Assembly (NCBI GenBank): GCA_002794465.1
Contig: MTSL01000174.1
Location: forward strand, 44,484 to 76,483
Length of the DNA stretch: 32,000 nt
Reading direction: 5' to 3'
DNA from: Paramicrosporidium saccamoebae KSL3
Lineage: Eukaryota > Fungi > Cryptomycota
Made by a program: the position numbers and the translations under genes. A model generated the notes under the pieces. That model did not search any database and was not told the DNA's origin. It was given only the letters and a program-made list of their open reading frames with translations. Shown piece by piece: positions 28,546-32,000 of this stretch (the first letter of the stretch is position 1; the number at the start of each line of letters is the position of its first letter).

Positions 28546-29094
28546 TTATTCATTTGTTGGAGCTTCCTCTTCCCATAGTTCATATTGCTTCTTCTTTTTC
28601 TTAATAATCTCATCGGCTTCTTTTAGCATTGCTGCAAGATCTTCCTTCTTTACTGCCCAGCGAGGATCAATTGTGGATGGTGCCTTTGATGTCGCAGCGG
28701 GCTTGGCTTTGCCAGGTCTTCCCACTGGTAGAGGCCTTCCTAGCACTGGTAGAGGTCCTCCTGGCACTGGTAGAGGTCCTGGCGCTGGCGGTGGTCCTCC
28801 TCCTGGTGGTGGTGGTCCTCCTCCTGGTGGCGGCGGTGGTCCTCCTCCTGGTGGTGGTGGTCCTCCTCCTGGTGGTGGTGGCGGCCTTCCTCCTGGTGGT
28901 GGTGGTCCTCCTCCTGGTGGCGGCGGCGGTCCTCCTCCCGGTGGTGGTGGCCCTCCTCCTGGTGGCAGTGGCGGCCTTCCTCCTGGTGGTGGTGGTCCTC
29001 CTGTTGCTACCGGCGGTTTATTACCAGCTGCTTGGGAGAGGCCATAAAAACCGACCATAAGCAGCGCTTTCGAGGTGACATTGTCCCTCTTCAT
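28546..29094 (-). CDS. Predicted secreted Gly/Pro-repeat protein with a Lys-rich C-terminus (about 182 aa)
   Basis: ATG 29094 starts MKRDNVTSKALLMVGFYGLSQAAG (weak signal peptide; the track start 29229 is GTG). GGGPPPP(P) repeats precede a charged helical tail (KEDLAAMLKEADEIIKKKKKQYELWEEEAPTNE). The stop overlaps AATAAA. Confidence 0.7.
   Translation of the reverse strand: MKRDNVTSKALLMVGFYGLSQAAGNKPPVATGGPPPPGGRPPLPPGGGPPPPGGGPPPPPGGGPPPPGGRPPPPPGGGPPPPGGGPPPPPGGGPPPPGGGPPPAPGPLPVPGGPLPVLGRPLPVGRPGKAKPAATSKAPSTIDPRWAVKKEDLAAMLKEADEIIKKKKKQYELWEEEAPTNE
28724..29000 (-). repeat. Coding tandem repeat: three 21-bp ACTGGTAGAGG units, then alternating 21/24-bp CCT/GGT units (45-bp higher-order period)
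   Basis: CCTCCTCCTGGTGGTGGTGGT alternates with CCTCCTCCTGGTGGCGGCGGTGGT-like units across about 28795-29000. Confidence 0.9.
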
Positions 29095-29581
29095 TGTGCC
29101 ATCCGTCCATTCATGCGCCGTGGATATAGTCCACTCCGCACCAATGGGATTTCGAGAATGCATTTCATGCTCGATTGAGTCTTTGGTGCCTTTGGAGGTT
29201 TTATCATTAAATAGAATCGAGTTGGCCACTCGAGAGTGTATTAGGGATACATGGCTTAATGAATAGTCCTTCTACAATTTGACCATTTCTGCATCTTTGT
29301 ATTTTTACTTTACCCCCAACGAGTCCCTATTGGTTCGGTCTTGTCCAATCAACCGACAGCTCTGCCTGCGTCTGGGCTCTATTCCTGTCTGTCCAATCCA
29401 ATACAAGCACTTTTCCGGATAAAAGATGGTGTATTCAGGGAAACTGGTAAAGGGGGATAGAATCTCTACAATGTGTCATGTCGTACATAGGATCAATGTC
29501 AAGGGCCATTTGACTCGCGACATGAGCTCTAAAGTTATCAACAATTAGTATTGTTGCCCTGGCTCAGCACCACGGACCGCG

Positions 29582-32000
29582 ATGGTGTGGGTTGTGATCC
29601 TCATTTGGCAGAGTTTTGTGTGCGCTAAGAGAGAAACTTTTTGCCGTGACCATAACGGCCAAATAGTGGATTGGTGGGTGCTATATAAAGAAGCTAAGGG
29701 ACAACGGTACACCTACTTGTCATCAAAGAGTGCAGCAAATGGCAAACCAATTACGGCGCCGCTACGAAACGATCGGTTGGTAACAGATCCAGAGACGTCG
29801 CCTTTTCTAAATACTGTCTATGGCAGTAACCCGTACACGGAAGAGGAACAGAGCGACTCTGAGTCTTCAGATGCAGAGGATAATCGTATGATATTGGCCT
29901 GGAACGACCAACAGCCAAAGGGATCTACCAGGCCAGCAAGAGGCACTTCGTCTTTCCCAGTTATGAATAAGAGGTCAAAAAAGCACGAACAATACATAAA
30001 TGTGATTGATCCGAATCTGGAAGAGACTAAGCTGGGAGATGGCCAGGACATGTATGGATGGGGAGAAAATGTTCTGTTTGCTCATTCAAAAGGAATCTTG
30101 GGTATGAGCGTCAAAAAAACCAATACAAAGAAGGGTATGGTGAATTTCTACTTGATCACTCATTCGTTCCCTAGAACACCAAACGGTATTTGGGAAGAAA
30201 ACGGAAAATATCCGATCAAGCGGAGGTATGTCAGCAAACCAGAAGACTTTTTTGGCCATAATATTACTACTCCCCAGAACAAGGCCCAGCATGCAATGTG
30301 CATTTCCATGACCCAAGAAGTGAAGCTTAAGAAGGGAGAGATTGTCTTTGATCGTGAACAACTAGATCGGAAATCCATGAATCTCTTTTCTATTCTTAAC
30401 GGACTGGACGTCATCGGACCGTCTCTGACTCTGACCAATTACGTTCCCTATTTGGAGAGGTTCAAGGTTTACCATCAACTTTTCAATATTACCATTAAAT
30501 GGTTTTCAAGAGACCCGGCAAAGCTAAGACCATTTTTTAACCCCAACGTGGCACGAATCATCCCCCAAGATATGCCCTCAAGCGCAAAGGATAATGAATC
30601 TTCTCATGCGTTTCCGCTATGGCCGTCAAGATCACGTGTGAAAATTGTTAATGGAAATAAAGAAAAGACGACAAGCGGAAAGCAAGATGTTAGTCTCCGC
30701 AACCCGCAGCAAATTTATGCAACTCGCTGTCAGGCATGGGATGCCTCCGGGCCCCGCCGTGATGCTGGCTGCTACACCTCTGCTCGCCTGACGTCAACAA
30801 ACTTTCAGTCACAGATTGTCTTTGATGTTGATTTCAAGAATGCCCTCGTGAAGGCCGACACTGATGATTTTATTGCCGCCAGATTAATTCCAAAAGATGA
30901 CCTAAATCTGGCCAAGGATGGAACCGTGCTACCAGCCAAAAAGTACGTATCATTAATGGTGGTCACACAATCATGGTTTGATCACGCTACCCTTGGTTCG
31001 CATCCAAGAGAAATCATTAAAAACGACAAGCTGCAGGTCAAAGTATGGTTTCATAACAATCTCGGTATTCGTTTGCCTTGTAGCACTGTTAAATCCCATA
31101 CTGTCAAACCCGGTAAACCAGTCCTCCAACCCTCAAATGGCCAAGACCATTCCAAATGGTTTGTAACCTATTTGTATGGCCAAACGGGTAATTTTGTTCC
31201 TCTTGCCGGTGTTATGGACCTGAATCGAAATGCAAAAGCCACGCAGCTACAGGGTCGTGAACAGGGTCGTGGTGGAATGATATTCTTCACCACTCACCAA
31301 GCCTTTGTTCGTTTCTTCATGTCTTTCTCTCCAATCCTCGAAGATAACACCAACTTTAGCAACGTTCCCATTGATTTTTTTACTAAGAAGCACTTGCAGG
31401 AGAGTGATAATGAAAAGATGGCTACAGTTACAGAGTTTAGTAAAGAGGGGACTCAAATTACCCTCAAGTTTAAATCTCTTGACAATTTATTCAAGTTTCT
31501 CCTGCCATACTGTGCCATTCCTGATGCCGCAACAGCTCCACTAATTCCAAGAGACGAGATAAGTGGCACGGACAAGAAAAAGACACGAAAAAAATCAAAG
31601 TCAAATTCAGAATCAGGGTCAGACTCAAGGTCAGGATCCGAATCCGGGTCAGAATTAGGGTCAGGATCAGACTCTGAAACAGAACCCAGATCCAAGTTAC
31701 CAAAATTTCTGCTTGGATCACCAGGATTCAGACCGACTCCTTTTACCCCCTCTAGAATGCATAGACCGCCCGAACCCAGAATGACTAAAGACGAGTATGA
31801 TGAGGAGGATGAGGACGGGGACGAGGATGAGGACGAGGACGAGGATGAGGATGAGGATGAGGACGAGGACTCCTCAACTTCCAGTTTTGGTGGCTTAACG
31901 CGAAAGAAACTAACCTTTTCACCGGCTCTAAAGGTACCGATCGGAAGAAAACAACCTGTTCGAAACACTTCAGTAAAACCTAACGCCAAGGCCACAACGA
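29582..32000 (+). CDS. DNASE2: Secreted deoxyribonuclease II (PLD superfamily) with insertions and a long basic/acidic C-terminal extension; 3'-partial, at least 806 codons
   Basis: Absent from the ORF track. I translated it by hand: open from ATG 29582 to the window end. Signal peptide MVWVVILIWQSFVCA, then CRDHNGQIVDWWVLYK..YTYLSS, AWNDQQP, first HxK AHSKG (30083), LITHSFPRTP, AQHAMCIS, second HxK QDHSKW (31148) and DLNR...GRGG. All of these are DNase II family motifs in the expected order. Confidence 0.88.
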   Translation, partial: MVWVVILIWQSFVCAKRETFCRDHNGQIVDWWVLYKEAKGQRYTYLSSKSAANGKPITAPLRNDRLVTDPETSPFLNTVYGSNPYTEEEQSDSESSDAEDNRMILAWNDQQPKGSTRPARGTSSFPVMNKRSKKHEQYINVIDPNLEETKLGDGQDMYGWGENVLFAHSKGILGMSVKKTNTKKGMVNFYLITHSFPRTPNGIWEENGKYPIKRRYVSKPEDFFGHNITTPQNKAQHAMCISMTQEVKLKKGEIVFDREQLDRKSMNLFSILNGLDVIGPSLTLTNYVPYLERFKVYHQLFNITIKWFSRDPAKLRPFFNPNVARIIPQDMPSSAKDNESSHAFPLWPSRSRVKIVNGNKEKTTSGKQDVSLRNPQQIYATRCQAWDASGPRRDAGCYTSARLTSTNFQSQIVFDVDFKNALVKADTDDFIAARLIPKDDLNLAKDGTVLPAKKYVSLMVVTQSWFDHATLGSHPREIIKNDKLQVKVWFHNNLGIRLPCSTVKSHTVKPGKPVLQPSNGQDHSKWFVTYLYGQTGNFVPLAGVMDLNRNAKATQLQGREQGRGGMIFFTTHQAFVRFFMSFSPILEDNTNFSNVPIDFFTKKHLQESDNEKMATVTEFSKEGTQITLKFKSLDNLFKFLLPYCAIPDAATAPLIPRDEISGTDKKKTRKKSKSNSESGSDSRSGSESGSELGSGSDSETEPRSKLPKFLLGSPGFRPTPFTPSRMHRPPEPRMTKDEYDEEDEDGDEDEDEDEDEDEDEDEDSSTSSFGGLTRKKLTFSPALKVPIGRKQPVRNTSVKPNAKATT

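Noticed and set aside
28532-29047. Plus-strand 171-aa Gly/Pro ORF
   Set aside because: The CCT/GGT repeat reads as Gly/Pro on both strands. The minus frame has a plausible signal peptide, a charged tail and a stop-overlapping AATAAA, so the plus ORF is treated as a shadow.
29681-29690. TATATAAAG as a TATA box
   Set aside because: It falls within the conserved DNase II DWWVLYK coding motif.
31453-31995. Minus-strand poly-Ser ORF (180 aa)
   Set aside because: It is the antisense shadow of the Asp/Glu tract in the DNase II frame, which is open across the region.

Overview
Gene-dense eukaryotic DNA in the standard code, with about 21 protein-coding genes in 32 kb and intergenic gaps mostly 5-450 bp. 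I found no rRNA, tRNA, CRISPR array or transposon. Seventeen very short GT-AG introns (28-37 nt) can be placed by restoring conserved protein motifs. They reveal genes the ORF track fragments or hides: ATG101 (6 exons), a Cdc25-like rhodanese phosphatase, TOM7, and the true 5' ends of THO2, DIB1, CTK1 and PUF60. A DNase II gene is missing from the track because it runs off the right edge. Most genes are core nuclear or mitochondrial housekeeping: cactin, SCS7/FA2H, THO2, ESS2, a Kin4-like kinase, EPL1, THADA/TRM732, IES6, DIB1, an Sld7-like protein, CTK1, PUF60, TOM7 and UGO1. Fungal-type genes, compaction and tiny introns suggest an early-diverging fungal relative (Rozellomycota/Paramicrosporidium-like). 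This is inference only. The most notable observations are: (1) a full POMGNT2-type O-mannose beta-1,4-GlcNAc transferase with its FN3 tail, an enzyme known from the animal dystroglycan core-M3 pathway, in the same window as GPI-type Ser/Thr/Pro-rich surface proteins; (2) next to it, a divergent pair of predicted secreted proteins with Lys-rich NLS-like patches, namely a two-HxK DNase II with a long acidic/basic tail and a Gly/Pro-repeat protein, forming a candidate host-nucleus effector locus; (3) extreme compaction, including start codons 13 bp apart and polyA signals overlapping stop codons. Family calls come from recalled motifs, not from database searches.
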